Source: Eledone cirrhosa (taxonomy: Eukaryota). Taken from it: DNA of 64,000 nucleotides. A program made the position numbers and the translations under genes. The notes under the pieces are model-generated. The model was not told the origin of the DNA, did not search any database, and saw only the letters and a program-made list of their open reading frames with translations. This document shows positions 1 to 13,244 of this stretch, piece after piece. Each line of letters starts with the position of its first letter. Position 1 is the stretch's first letter. The stretch covers positions 254,200,001 to 254,264,000 of the forward strand of contig OZ024743.1 in assembly GCA_964016885.1 (NCBI GenBank). Direction: 5' to 3'.

Positions 1-393
1 TACATGGAGGCACATATATATATATGGAGGCATATGTGTGTGTGTTATTATTATCATTATTATTATCACATACAAAATATGCACACATATATATTTAAAC
101 AGAAAAACAAATGAATGGTCATTATAACATGCTACACAAAGAGGATAATTTGATAATTAAAAGATCAGACAGATGAAAGTAGATATGAGCTTTCATGTAA
201 CAAACTTTTCCTTGGTGTTATATTGAAAAGTTAAATATGCAATGATTTTTACTAAGGAAAGAAAAAATGGTTTAATGAAACTCCGCTTTAATTACAGGTT
301 CAATTATATGAAAAAATGTAGTTACAACTTGTGTACATGCATAAGTACATGTATTTACATTCGTAGATATATATGTGTGTAGGTATATATAAA

Positions 394-429
<36 letters not shown>

Positions 430-470
430 CATGCATATATATATACACACACACACATATGTGTGTGTAA

Positions 471-520
<50 letters not shown>

Positions 521-907
521 TCATACATGGATACATATAGACTACACACATATATTAGTACCGGTATAAGTGAAGAGTGATATATTATGTGTTGACTTCA
601 ATATTTAATTAATTATATAAAAACCTAATGTGGAGTATACCTACTTAGACAAAATAATGCCAGAGTAATTTACGTTGTATTTATAAATTTTTTTCTTTAG
701 CAGCTTATAAATTGTGCTTTACATCTGTTTCATGTAAAACACATCTAAGGTTTTAACAGGGTAAAAAAATGATGACAACAGTCTAGATTATTTTGTAGGT
801 TAACAAATGGAAGGAAAATGTGTCATTAGTTAAAAGTTGTCTTCATGCTAAATTAGTGTTTTGAGAATGAAGTGAGTATAAGTGATTTAGAAAGTAAATA
901 GATAGAT

Positions 908-3090
908 TTCTTTATTAGCCACAAGGGCGCAACAAGAAAAGGGGACAATACAAAGACATGCCGGGGATTTTACATACAGTCGTGTAAAAAATAAAAAAAC
1001 AAACAATTTCAACAATCGAAATCCCCAATAGGGGGGGAGGCGCCACAAATGGGTTGTTTAATACCCCGTCGATAGAACAACCCTCAAATCCAGGAGCGTG
1101 TTGTGCAAGTGCTCCTTTCTTCCTTTTGCTCTCTGCCTCAACCTACAGGCTTATAAACAGAGAAGGCCCAATCACTCGGGCCATTTTCGCTTCATTCACC
1201 CACCTTTCAGTAAATTTACTGGGGTGCAGTGCCTCTCTCTCCACCCTGATTCTCCTTCTAAAGTGATACTTAAAGAAGGGAATCAATTGTTGTCCGGAGA
1301 GAAAGGCATCTGTGCTCAGTTCTCTCAACCTCGTCCACCATATAACTTCTTTCACCATAGCCACCGTACAGAGGAAAACAGCCTCTATTTCGTTTTTGAA
1401 AGAGGCTGGCGGTTTGATCCTTACTATGGACTCGGCAGTCAACTGGATTTGTCCCATACGCGACAGCAGTTGTTCTGCATGGTTCCACAGGTCGCTTACG
1501 CCCGGGAAGTGTACAATTGCGTGCAGAACTGTTTCAATGTCATGCGCACATCTTGGACACGTCCTCTTGGAAGGATCCCTGCCAGGGCGTCCGTGCCTGT
1601 AGATCTTGTCACGAACCGGTAGAGCTCCTCGGTAGCACTGCCAGGCCAGGGATCTCTGGAAGTTGTCCATAGGTCCCGGGCGGAAAGTCCTACCAAACAG
1701 ACTGGTGAGCTTATCGTCTTCGACGCCCAGAGTCTCTCCGAGCACGTCGTCGCCCTTGTAACGTACAATCCCACTATAGAATGTCGAAGTGGAGTCTCCA
1801 CTGATTGCTGCGCCCGCTTGCCAGAGGACTGTGAGCGCCTGAGCGCATTCAATGTGCCAGGCGCCCATCGTTTTCGGTCTTTTCTACACCCAGGACTGCA
1901 GCTCCGTTAGCGAGACGAGCTGTGGGAAAGCCTGTCTCACAAACGGTGCCCACACCGGTTGGGGGTCGGTGAGGAATACCTGGAGATGCCGCAGCCTCAG
2001 CGCATGTTTGCGCATCATCAACCACGGCATTCTCAGCCCTCCGTTGGAAGGGTGCTGACAGCAGACCGATCTCCGCACCAGCGGAGCCTGCTTCTTCCAC
2101 AGAAACTGGAAGAGTATGCGTTCCATCTTGGCGAGGTGTTCACGGGTACAAGGCACGACAGTCAAGCGGTAGTAGATTACGGACGCTATGAAAGTGTTCG
2201 CCACCTCCGCTCGACCTTTCAAGGACAGTTTGCACTCTGCCCACTTCTGAGTGAGTGCAAATACCTTGGCCGTGACCTCGTTCCAGTTTTTCTCCACCTG
2301 GAGGTCTGGACCGAACCAGACCCCGAGCAATTTCACCGGTCCGTCCGTCCAGCGTCCAACGACGCCGTCGGATGTCATCGGTTTGCCTCTGCACGTACCG
2401 AGCTGCAAACCGACAGACTTGTCTGGGTTTAGTTTTGCTCCCGTCAGAGTTTCGTATTCTTTCAGTATGTTGGCGATCACCCCGATTTCCGAGGTGCTCG
2501 ACACCATTACTGTTACGTCGTCGGCATAAGCCGACGCCGCTTTGTGCAGTCCCGGTTCTAGGGGGATGCCCAGCAACAGCTCCAATTTCCGCAGTAGGGG
2601 CTCTAGAGTCAATACATACAGAATGGAGGAGAGAGGGCACCCCTGTCGAATGGAACGCGTGATTGCGAACGGCTCCGATAGGTAGCCGTTCACCTTGACC
2701 CTCGAGCAGATGCTGGTGTGCATCGCCTCGATCCATCCTCTGAAAACGGGACCGAAACCGGCCGCCTTGAGAACCGCTTCTAAGTATCGATGGTCGACCC
2801 TATCGAATGCCTTAGACTAATCCAAGTTGATCAGAGCCCCACCGAAGCCGGGTTTACTACCCACCCTCTCTATGATGTTTCGCATGAGGTGGAGGTTGTC
2901 GTGTATGGACCTGGTCGGGATTGCACACGTTTGCGCTTTCCCTACCAGGTTCTCGACGACAAGCGCCAACCTCGTCGCTAGCACCTTGGCCAAAATCTTT
3001 AACTCTGTTGTTGAGCAGAGTTATGGGCCTGAAGTTGTTAATTTCGTCCCCCTTGTTCTCGTCTTTCCTGATCAGCGTTACTACGCCCTT
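908..3090 (-). mobile_element. 5'-truncated L1/Tx1-clade non-LTR retrotransposon
   Basis: GC-rich block. Minus-strand RT motifs (RPITLL, D*SKAFDRV, RQGCPLS, AYADD) and C-terminal CPRC..ETVLH zinc knuckle. AATAAA near the 3' end. Flanked by identical aaagtaaatagatagat at 891-907 and 3091-3107. Confidence 0.92.
1143..3085 (-). pseudogene. Disrupted ORF2 (RT + zf-RVT-like C-terminus) of the L1/Tx1 element
   Basis: ORFs 1884..2723 and 1143..1868 are in one frame, separated by an in-frame stop. There is another stop at the LD*SKAFD motif and a frameshift near 3010. Confidence 0.88.
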
Positions 3091-3430
3091 AAAGTAAATA
3101 GATAGATAGGTATATAACTAGCTAGATGTGGAGAGGGTGAACAGATTATATGTAAATGCATTTACATATATAGAAAACATATATGTTTAAAAACTCATAT
3201 CTTTAATTTCACCCTTATAGCTGGGTTGAATAACTTACATATTTACTTAAATTACTTTTATGGTCTTTGAGTGTAATATATGATTAATTTTTAACAAATC
3301 CTTTATTTAGTTTAAGTTTGTGAGATATAGTTTTGTCATCATTATATGAAGTTAGTATTTTATAGTACTTAGGGCAAAGGTATGGTTAAAATTTGATTTT
3401 AAGTAGCTTCTTCATAAATATTTCTGGTTT

Positions 3431-3471
<41 letters not shown>

Positions 3472-3935
3472 GGGGGGGGGGGGACTATTCGAATGAATGA
3501 TTTTCTATATCTACTATATCTCTCACTACTTTGAGTTAAAATCGAATCCTCTCAGGATTATCTGTGTGTTACAACTGTCTGGTGTCGATAAAGTAGCAGT
3601 CAAAAATTGGAATCCATTTGTCTCTTTGTTTTTGTTTACCCTGCTGACCCTTTCTCTCTTTGAAAAAGCAATATAACCTATCTTCAGCAACACTTTCTTC
3701 AGAAACTGAAGTTTGAGCAAAGAAAGGACTAGCAAACACTTTCATGGTAAAACAGGTATACATGGCAGTTGGGCAGGAGGAGCACAAAACAGAATAAATA
3801 AGAACACAATCACACACACACACATATATATGCATGTATGTATTATCATTATCAACACCATTTAAAACCTATTTTTCCATGCTGGCATATATACATATAG
3901 ACATAGAATCTATATATATTTACACACACACACAG

Positions 3936-4025
<90 letters not shown>

Positions 4026-4026
4026 C

Positions 4027-4418
4027 GAGATCTTTGGTGCTACGCAGTAATACAGAAGACCCGCCTTGCCTATGTGCAAAGCGAAACCTACAGTCAGTAG
4101 GCACCTCTTAACCAAATATACACCCCAATCCATTACCCTCCCCTATCCTCCCACTCCCACCAACAACACCCTCTCTCTGTAAAGTTGGTACCAGTCCAGA
4201 TAAATGAGAATGAGATCGTGTAGGTGTCACAACAAAAAAAACACTGTAAATGTGGTTGGTGTTAGGAAGGGCATCCAGCCATAGACAACCTGCCAGATAG
4301 TCCTATATGAGCGAGACACGGTTACCTGACCAACATTGCCTCATGTGGGACAATTCCTGTCTAACCTATGCTAGTGTGGAAGATGGACTTAAACGATGAT
4401 GATGATGATGATGATGAT
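4027..4418 (+). mobile_element. RTE-clade LINE 3' fragment
   Basis: RDLWCYAVIQKTRLA end of ORF, 3' UTR matching the copies at 15.8 and 31.8 kb, and a (GAT)n tail. Confidence 0.85.
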
Positions 4419-5203
4419 ACACATATACATCATTATCTTCATCATCAATTAATGTTCATTTTACCACACTAGCTTATGTACACCTACTATATATAATTAC
4501 TATCCCCCACTATATATATCAATATCTTCCTATAAATATATATATATATGTACATTCATACATACCCCTAACTTTAGACACCTGAGTAAAGTATTTGTAT
4601 AAAGTTAATTGGTGTATGGTGAGTAGTTAAGGCAGAGCAAACTTTGCTAGATTGATAAATAGATTTTTTTCCTTGTAACAGCTCAACAAAAGCCTCTCTC
4701 TCAATCTTGACATTGTTGTATGTACAAACGCTCTTCTCCTCATCATCTTCCACACTAAGCAGAGAGTGATGTGTGAGTTAATCAAATGAGAAAGTTTAGT
4801 GCCTGAAGAGTTTCCTCAGTGGAGGGTTTTTTTGCAATACCAACATCTACAATTATAAAGAAATATTTGCATAGAGTTCTTCGGTTTACTTTTTCCCTGT
4901 TGCCAATATATAAATAGCTTTCTATACATTTTATTTTATTTTATTTTTATTTTAAGTTTGCTTTAAATTGTTTGTACATTGAGTTCTTTTACATAACCTC
5001 TCCTCTCCTATTTTTTATTGCATTATTTAAAGAAACTGGTGTCTACGTTTCACCACCTATTACTTTCTCTTACATTCACGGCATCTCCCCACAACTCACT
5101 CTCTTGTGATATATATATATATCACATATGCATACATACATACATACATATGCATACACATAATAGACACATATATGTATATACACATATGCACACACAC
5201 ATA

Positions 5204-5281
<78 letters not shown>

Positions 5282-5810
5282 TACACACACCCACACATAA
5301 ACACAAATATATGTAAATCTATATACGTATGTATATGTGTTTGAGCATGTGTAGTTTCTATTACATTATTACTGTTGATGTTGCTATTGTTGTTTATTAT
5401 CTCTAGCTTACTTGATTCCCTCAGATTCTTTGTTCTGTTGTGTAAACCAAGATTCACAATAATTTGCTTGCGGTTAATAAAGTGTATAAGAGTAATTTCA
5501 TCAGGATTTACTCAATTACAATCTGTTACATTGAATATATCAGCAATAGGGCAAAGAATTGGATGGTAAGAAATAGAAAGAAGCTGCTCAAGAAAATATA
5601 CAAGAGAAGAAATAGCAAGAACAAGAAACAAACAGAAACATTAAGAATAAAGAATGCTACTAAATGATTTCAATTCAAACATATACCCACACATACAGAT
5701 ATGTGTATTTGTAATGATGTATGTCTGTATATGTTTCTATATATACATAGATAGATAGATGGATATTAATATATATATATATATCCATCTCACACTATTT
5801 CTCTCTGTCC

Positions 5811-5855
<45 letters not shown>

Positions 5856-5883
5856 ATATATATATATGTACATATATGTATAT

Positions 5884-7050
<1,167 letters not shown>

Positions 7051-7173
7051 GTATATATATATTTGTATATATATATGTATATATATATATGTATATATGT
7101 ATATATGTATATATGTATATATATATATGTATATATATATGTATATATATATACATATATGTATATATATTTA

Positions 7174-7206
<33 letters not shown>

Positions 7207-7214
7207 GTATATAT

Positions 7215-7286
<72 letters not shown>

Positions 7287-7304
7287 GTATATATCTGTAT
7301 ATAT

Positions 7305-7518
7305 CAGCGTGTGGCTGAGTGGTTAGTGAATTGTATTCGCAATCGTAAGGTTGTGAGTTCGATTCCTGGACCAGGCGATGCGTTATGTCCTTGAGCAAGA
7401 CACTTTATTTCACGTTGCTCCTTCTACCTGGAGTTGCGACCGATAGATAGTATTAGCAATTGGAAAGACCAACGGAAACATTGTTCCCTCGGTCCGATTT
7501 GACGAAAGTCGATCGTTC
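7305..7518 (+). mobile_element. tRNA-derived CORE-type SINE
   Basis: A box tggctgagtgg, B box gttcgattc, CORE-like tgtccttgagcaagacactt. Near-identical copy at 17381-17593. Confidence 0.85.
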
Positions 7519-7958
7519 CTTTATATATATGTATATATATATATATATGTATATATATGTATATATATATGTATATATATATATGTATATATATGTATAT
7601 ATGTATATATATTTATATATATGTACATATGTATATATATATATGTATATATGTATATATATATATGTATATATATATGTTTATATGTATATATATATAT
7701 ATGTATATATATATAGTTTTGTGATGTTTTTTATATGAAATCGTGTGTCGAAACAAATATTGTTATACTTGGGGAGGGTCATATTTGTGTAATATTGCCA
7801 GAATTAATAACAGAACACACTCACTGTTTGGTTGGTTTTCGCTTCTCGCTTCTTTGTCTTTTATATCGGTAATCTATCATACTCGGTCCTCAATGTTGCC
7901 ATTGACTGACCGAAAATAATACAGATATAATATAGACACAAACACATATATATAGTTT

Positions 7959-8000
7959 ATCATAAATCTTTCGTTGCACATCTGCAACATCGTCAGTGGT
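7959..8000 (-). ncRNA. Degenerate type I hammerhead ribozyme downstream of the PLE ORF
   Basis: Minus strand reads acca-CTGACGA-t-gttgca-gatg-tgcaac-GAAA-gattTA-tgat. Stem II is good; stems I and III are weak. Confidence 0.55.
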
Positions 8001-8223
8001 GTTATATTTTCCTCCTGTTGTATTGTATGTCTACGCCATTTTTATTCAGTCTGTCTATATATTTATTTATTTATTTGTTTGTTTGTTTATTTTATTTTGT
8101 CTTCTTTGCGCATGCGTTTGCGTGTGTGTATAGTGTTTTGTTTGCTGTGTGTGTTTATGTGCTTGTTGTTATTGTGCTTGTGTATGTATTTATTTATTTA
8201 TTTATTTTATTTTATTTACTTAT

Positions 8224-9675
8224 TTATACTTCTCTTAGGTCAGTGTTGTTTGTTTGGGTGTTGTTGTTATTCCATTCATTCTTTCTGTTTAGCCTTGGTC
8301 TTCTAATTTCTATTTCACTGGCCTCTCTGATTTGCCTATCTGCTGGGTCATTTCTATGTTTAGATATTATTCTAATTTCTATGTTGTCTATGTTACCACC
8401 ATGTTGTTGTCTAGCATGTTCGTATAGTACTGACCCGTTTTTTCGTCCTTTTAGTTCCCCCCAGTGTTGGTCTATCCTTTCACCTATGCTACGAGCTGTC
8501 TCACCTATGTATGTTGTTGTCATGTTTCTGCAAGTACCCTCTGTACATCTTATGCTATAGACTACGTTTCTAGTTTTACAGTTTATCCGGGGGTTCACCT
8601 TACACATGATACATTTCCTATTGGTACAGTGGGTTTTCTTAAAAGGGTAGGTTTTGCTGATCAGGGATTTTATGGTGGTTCCTGGCTTTTCTACCACCTT
8701 TATTTTTAAGTGGGTCTTTTGCATGGCCTTTCTACACTGGTTAGCTAATTTCCCTCCAGGGGTAGCGTCCACAAACATGACACTCTGGTATCTCTGGTTG
8801 TCATACCATGAGGTGGCTTTCCCTATCTTATGTCTAGCCCTATCTAAGCTATTCCACGATTTGCTCCTGTATAATGGGCAAATTCCTTTCATGTCCAGTT
8901 CTATGAGGGTCTTATACTTTTCCATGGCTCCTTCGTATACTCTGACTCTGTCTCTTTGGTTGTAGCCAGAGAACTGCATGCAGTTGATGAAGTGTTGGAT
9001 GTGTCTTTCCATTTCTGTTGGGTCGCACATGCGGGACACATTCTTCATCACTCGTACCAAATCTGCGATCAGAATATTAAAATCAGCACTACTGGACATT
9101 GATCAGTTTCTGAGTATCAAGTATTTGGAGGCCATGGGTTTAGCATAGTGTGAGTGGAGAATTTGGCCTCTCTCGTCTATAGTGCTAATCCAGAGTTCTG
9201 TGTCTAATACAGGTAGTCTATTGTTAGGGTGTTTGGAAGGGAAGTCGATAGTTACAGTTATACTCTGGTGTATGGAATTAGCTATCTGCTGGATGCTTTC
9301 CATCGTGCTACGTTCTAAATCAAACTTGTTAGTGCTCTCTAGTGGGGGTGTTCTTATAACTATATTGATATCGTCTACATAACGAGAGTACATGATGAGG
9401 TCTATGGAGCTCTCATTAAGGAGATCTTTAAGTCTCCTTTCCCACCATACCATGAAAAGGTTGGCAACATCACCAGCTATGCTGACGCCGATGGCTGCTC
9501 CCTCATTTTGGGTGTAGATCTTCTCGTTGAACTTAAATATCTGGCCCTTTATGGTAGTGTTGATACTAGCCCCTATTGCATGTTCGACCATTTTCTTTAC
9601 CTGATCATTGTTTTGGGGTGTCCGTATAGCTTTGGTCGACCCAATCCACCTTCCCATGGGAGTCTTTTTTGCCAT
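8224..9675 (-). pseudogene. PLE RT + GIY-YIG endonuclease ORF with one in-frame TGA at 9103-9105
   Basis: ORFs 9103..9675 and 8224..9099 are in the same frame. Cys-rich linker and Cys/His residues around the GIY-YIG. Confidence 0.88.
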
Positions 9676-9936
9676 TGAGGTTATGGTGGGGGGGGGGGTC
9701 TACCTCTTATAGGTCTACTAGGCAGAAACATCTAAGGTCTTGGCTGTCTAGGTAGTCAGTGTCGTAGGTCAGTCAATAGCAACATTGAGGACCGAGTAAG
9801 ATAGATTACCGATATAAAAGACACAGAAGCGAGAAGCGAAAACCAACCAAACAGTGAGTGTGTTCTGTTATTAATTCTGGCAATATTACACAAACATGAC
9901 CCTCCCCAAGTATAACTATATATATATATATATGTA

Positions 9937-10026
<90 letters not shown>

Positions 10027-10058
10027 TATGTATATATATATATGTATATATGTATATA

Positions 10059-10097
<39 letters not shown>

Positions 10098-10101
<4 letters not shown>

Positions 10102-10440
10102 TCATTTCATCATTTCATTTTAGGTCCGCATTTTCCCTGCTTGCAAGGATGGGACGGGAACTGATTCTGGCTTGATTTCTACGGCTGGATGCCCTTCCTA
10201 ACACCAACCTCATTTACAGTGAGTGCTGTGTGCTTTTTTGCCGTGGCACCTCCACGACCCCTTTGCAGTGGACTGATACGGACCCCAGTCCCTATCATCT
10301 CTTTCTACAGCTGAGTAAACTGGAGTAATGTGAAATAAAGTGTCCTGCTCAAGGAAAGAACACATTACCTGGTCTGAGAATTGAACTCACAACCTCTCGA
10401 TTGCAAGGCCAATGCTCTAACCACTAAGCCATGTGCCTCC
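10098..10440 (-). mobile_element. tRNA/CORE SINE with RTE-derived 3' tail
   Basis: tRNA head ggaggcacatggcttagtgg..gttcaattc, CORE motif, tail ggttggtgttaggaagggcatccagcc shared with the RTE 3' UTR, and an ATG-like terminal repeat. Second copy at 47458-47794. Confidence 0.85.
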
Positions 10441-10441
10441 A

Positions 10442-10486
<45 letters not shown>

Positions 10487-10488
<2 letters not shown>

Positions 10489-11128
10489 TCATCATCATCA
10501 TCATCGTTTAACGTCCACCTTCCACGCTTGCATGGGTTTGGACGGGAGTTTTCACACTTGAGGCAAGAGTGGTTGTCTTGCTCACATAGGACTGTCTGGC
10601 GGGTTTTCTACGGCTGGATGCCCTTCCTAACACCAACCACATTTACAGTGTGGAACAGGGAGGTTTTTATCGTGTTACCTACACGGCCACATTACAGCGT
10701 GGACCGTGTGTTTTTCTTGTCGTGAGACCTACACGACCTCATTTGTTTCGGGCTGGATGTTGTGGTACCATCATAACTTTACATTGAAAGGGGTGGTGTG
10801 GATAGGGTGGGGGTAGTTGTTAGAGGTGGCTACTGACTGTAGTAGGTTTCACTTTGTACTTAGGTAAGGCGGGTCTTCTCTATTACTGTGTAGCGCCAAA
10901 GCTCTCGGTCCAGTGACATTATCTTGGAGATGTGTAAGTGTGTGAGGTCGGAATTTATCAAGTCGTCCCAGTTTTTTCTGAGTCTGCCTACTCCGTGGCT
11001 ACCATCTATTTTTATTGCCCTGCACTTTTATATACTGCTGTCGTCTTTCATGCGCATCACGTGACCATACCAACGTAGTCTTCTCTCGAGTAAACAACAT
11101 CTGATCCCTCTTATTTCTATTTTATCCC
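10487..11128 (-). mobile_element. RTE LINE 3' fragment
   Basis: Reverse complement of the RTE 3' ~640 bp with (GAT)n tail. Flanked by a 37-bp duplication (10412-10448 / 11140-11176). Confidence 0.88.
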
Positions 11129-11169
11129 TATATATATATATGCTCTAACCACTAAGCCATGTGCCTCCA

Positions 11170-11250
<81 letters not shown>

Positions 11251-11940
11251 GGTGGCTGCCAACTCGCTTTCGAGTGCGGCCACTACTTTATATCCATGTA
11301 GGAGAAACCCTACCGATGCGCTGAACGAGTGTGACTTTTTATTCTAGCCAGCGACTTGAAAACTCTGGTACAAACACTACACTTGTGACAATTATTGACA
11401 CATAGTGCTGGGCCCATGGTACCATGTAACGACAAGTGCAGAGTGATCTCCAGATATAAAGCAATGCCTGTGCCGTGAAGCTTTTATAGTGAGCAAAGGC
11501 ACTGCACAAAGCCAGTCCCACTCTCTTAACCAAGATGATATTTACCAAAAAGAAGAACAAGTCAACATCATTGGATACCATCAGAGTTGCAGGTGTTATA
11601 TCAGAGTTTTCCTTCTGCTAGAATTCTGCCTTGACAAAGGCTAAGGGGTCATCTCTCCCGGTGATTTTGGATGGCCATTGACTCTTAAGAGCTCCTTTGC
11701 CCTTTGACAGGTTTTGTTTTTAGTCCTGCAGGATGTCTAAAATCACCCTCCTCACCAAGAAACCTTGGTGGGGTTGCCAGTTTAGTCGCCAACGACCCGA
11801 CCATGAGACAGGTTGTACTGGGATACATGTTACCAGTAGCACCAACTGGTGACCTGACATACATACATACATACATACATACATACATACATACATACAT
11901 ACATACATACATACATACATACATACATACATACATACAT

Positions 11941-12720
11941 GACTCTGGCTTTACTGCAGCACCGGCTCAGGGCAGGAGAGTTAAGGCGAAAAAGATATCG
12001 GATGCTGAATTTGCCGACGAGATAATTTTGGTGACAAATACAGTGGAGGAGGCAGAGGATTTGATGCAGGACTCAACTGTATCTTTGAGTGTGGAGCTGA
12101 GAATGAATGAGACTAAAACAAAATATCTGGTAGAGAATGTTGAGAAGCCAGAGGGGATCACTAATATAGGCGGGAAGCCACTAGAATTGGTTGAGGACTT
12201 ACTATATTTGGGAGCAAAGATTGGGAATACGGAAGATGATGTGGTTGAGAGGAAGTGCTAAGTCTGAGCGGCATGCAACAGCTTGAGGTCGGTGTGGAAG
12301 TCGGACCTTTGTAAAGACCTGAAAATCTGCCGCTTCATTGCTGTAGTGGAGTCTGCACTGCTGTACGGGTTTGAGACTTGGACACTGACCAAGAAACTCA
12401 CTCAGATAGTGGAGGGGTGCTACACGAGAATGCTGAGGATGGCTCTGAACATTAATCAGTATACACTGAGGATGAGAAACTCAGCTGTATGGGAGCCTCC
12501 CAAAAGTCAGCTCAAAAGTGAAACAGAGAAGATTGAGGTTAGCTTGACATGCTCACCGCCATCCAGAATTGACACTGCACTCGGTGCTCCTGTGGGAGCC
12601 CCTACATGGACACACTAGAAGAGGAAGAACAAGGTTAATGTATGTTGATGTTCTAAGGACAGACACTGGTCTGTTGGAGACGCAGGACATGGCAGCGATA
12701 ATGAGGGACATTAATGAGGA
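11941..12720 (+). pseudogene. Fragment of a second, older RTE-group LINE (RT C-terminal half)
   Basis: GFT..GRR..ISDAEFADEI, MNETKTK, YLG, LLYGFETWTLTK, GCYTRMLR motifs, with stops and frameshifts. Confidence 0.8.
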
Positions 12721-12777
12721 TAATGAGACCGCTGGAGAGTTTACGCCCATGGATCTCAGTAATTTTAACCATCCTAG

Positions 12778-12808
<31 letters not shown>

Positions 12809-12853
12809 AATACTGATGTTGGTTAGATTATCAATATTAGTATTATTGGGGCA

Positions 12854-12980
12854 CCCACTGATGAATTATAGGAGCCCACTTGAATATATATCTATTGATG
12901 GTATACAAACTCCTACATATATTGGTATAATTTCACCCAAATTGTAGGAATCCTATAATGAAACGAGACATCCGTCTGGG
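12854..12980 (+). ncRNA. Type I hammerhead ribozyme with ~80-nt loop II insert
   Basis: ccca-CTGATGA-attatagga...tcctataat-GAAAcg-agacatc-cGTC-tggg. All core nucleotides and three stems are present. Confidence 0.8.
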
Positions 12981-13164
12981 AAGAGATATATTAGATATGT
13001 CTCATACGAAATAATACAGCCAATTTTCTACGCAATACTTTTAGTTAGCACCCCGAACGCATAATTGGGAATATAATCACTTATTTCCTAATGTTTGTTG
13101 AGTGAGTTGGAATTTGGCCGGAGTATCGCTAAAAAGCTTTCTCCGATATTGTATTTATTATATA

Positions 13165-13240
<76 letters not shown>

Positions 13241-13244
<4 letters not shown>

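Larger units (their letters stand above)
7762..9916 (-). mobile_element. Penelope-like element (PLE), 5'-truncated, bounded by 150-bp inverted repeats
   Basis: RT motifs (QNEGAAIG, RYVDD) and GIY-YIG motifs (VVYSIRC..YIGET..ER..QH). Inverted repeats at 7762-7911 and 9767-9916. Confidence 0.9.

Noticed and set aside
3569-3780. Minus-strand ORF MKVFASPFFAQ...DTRQL as a host exon
   Set aside because: No clear acceptor site and no recognisable homology.
7305-7380. tRNA genes here and at 10370-10440, 17381, 35285 and 47720-47794
   Set aside because: The A/B boxes run into CORE-SINE bodies and lack a complete acceptor stem; these are SINE heads.
9103-9105. In-frame TGA in the PLE ORF as selenocysteine, as reported for some Naiads
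   Set aside because: The position (RN*SMS) looks like a Ser codon mutated TCA>TGA, not a conserved Cys. The element is not Naiad-type, and no SECIS was seen.
11700-11858. HDV-like ribozyme on the minus strand (ccagt..gtcg-ttgg-cgac-taa-actgg), possibly a LINE 5' end
   Set aside because: P2, P4 and J4/2-like parts are visible, but I could not build P1/P3 convincingly.
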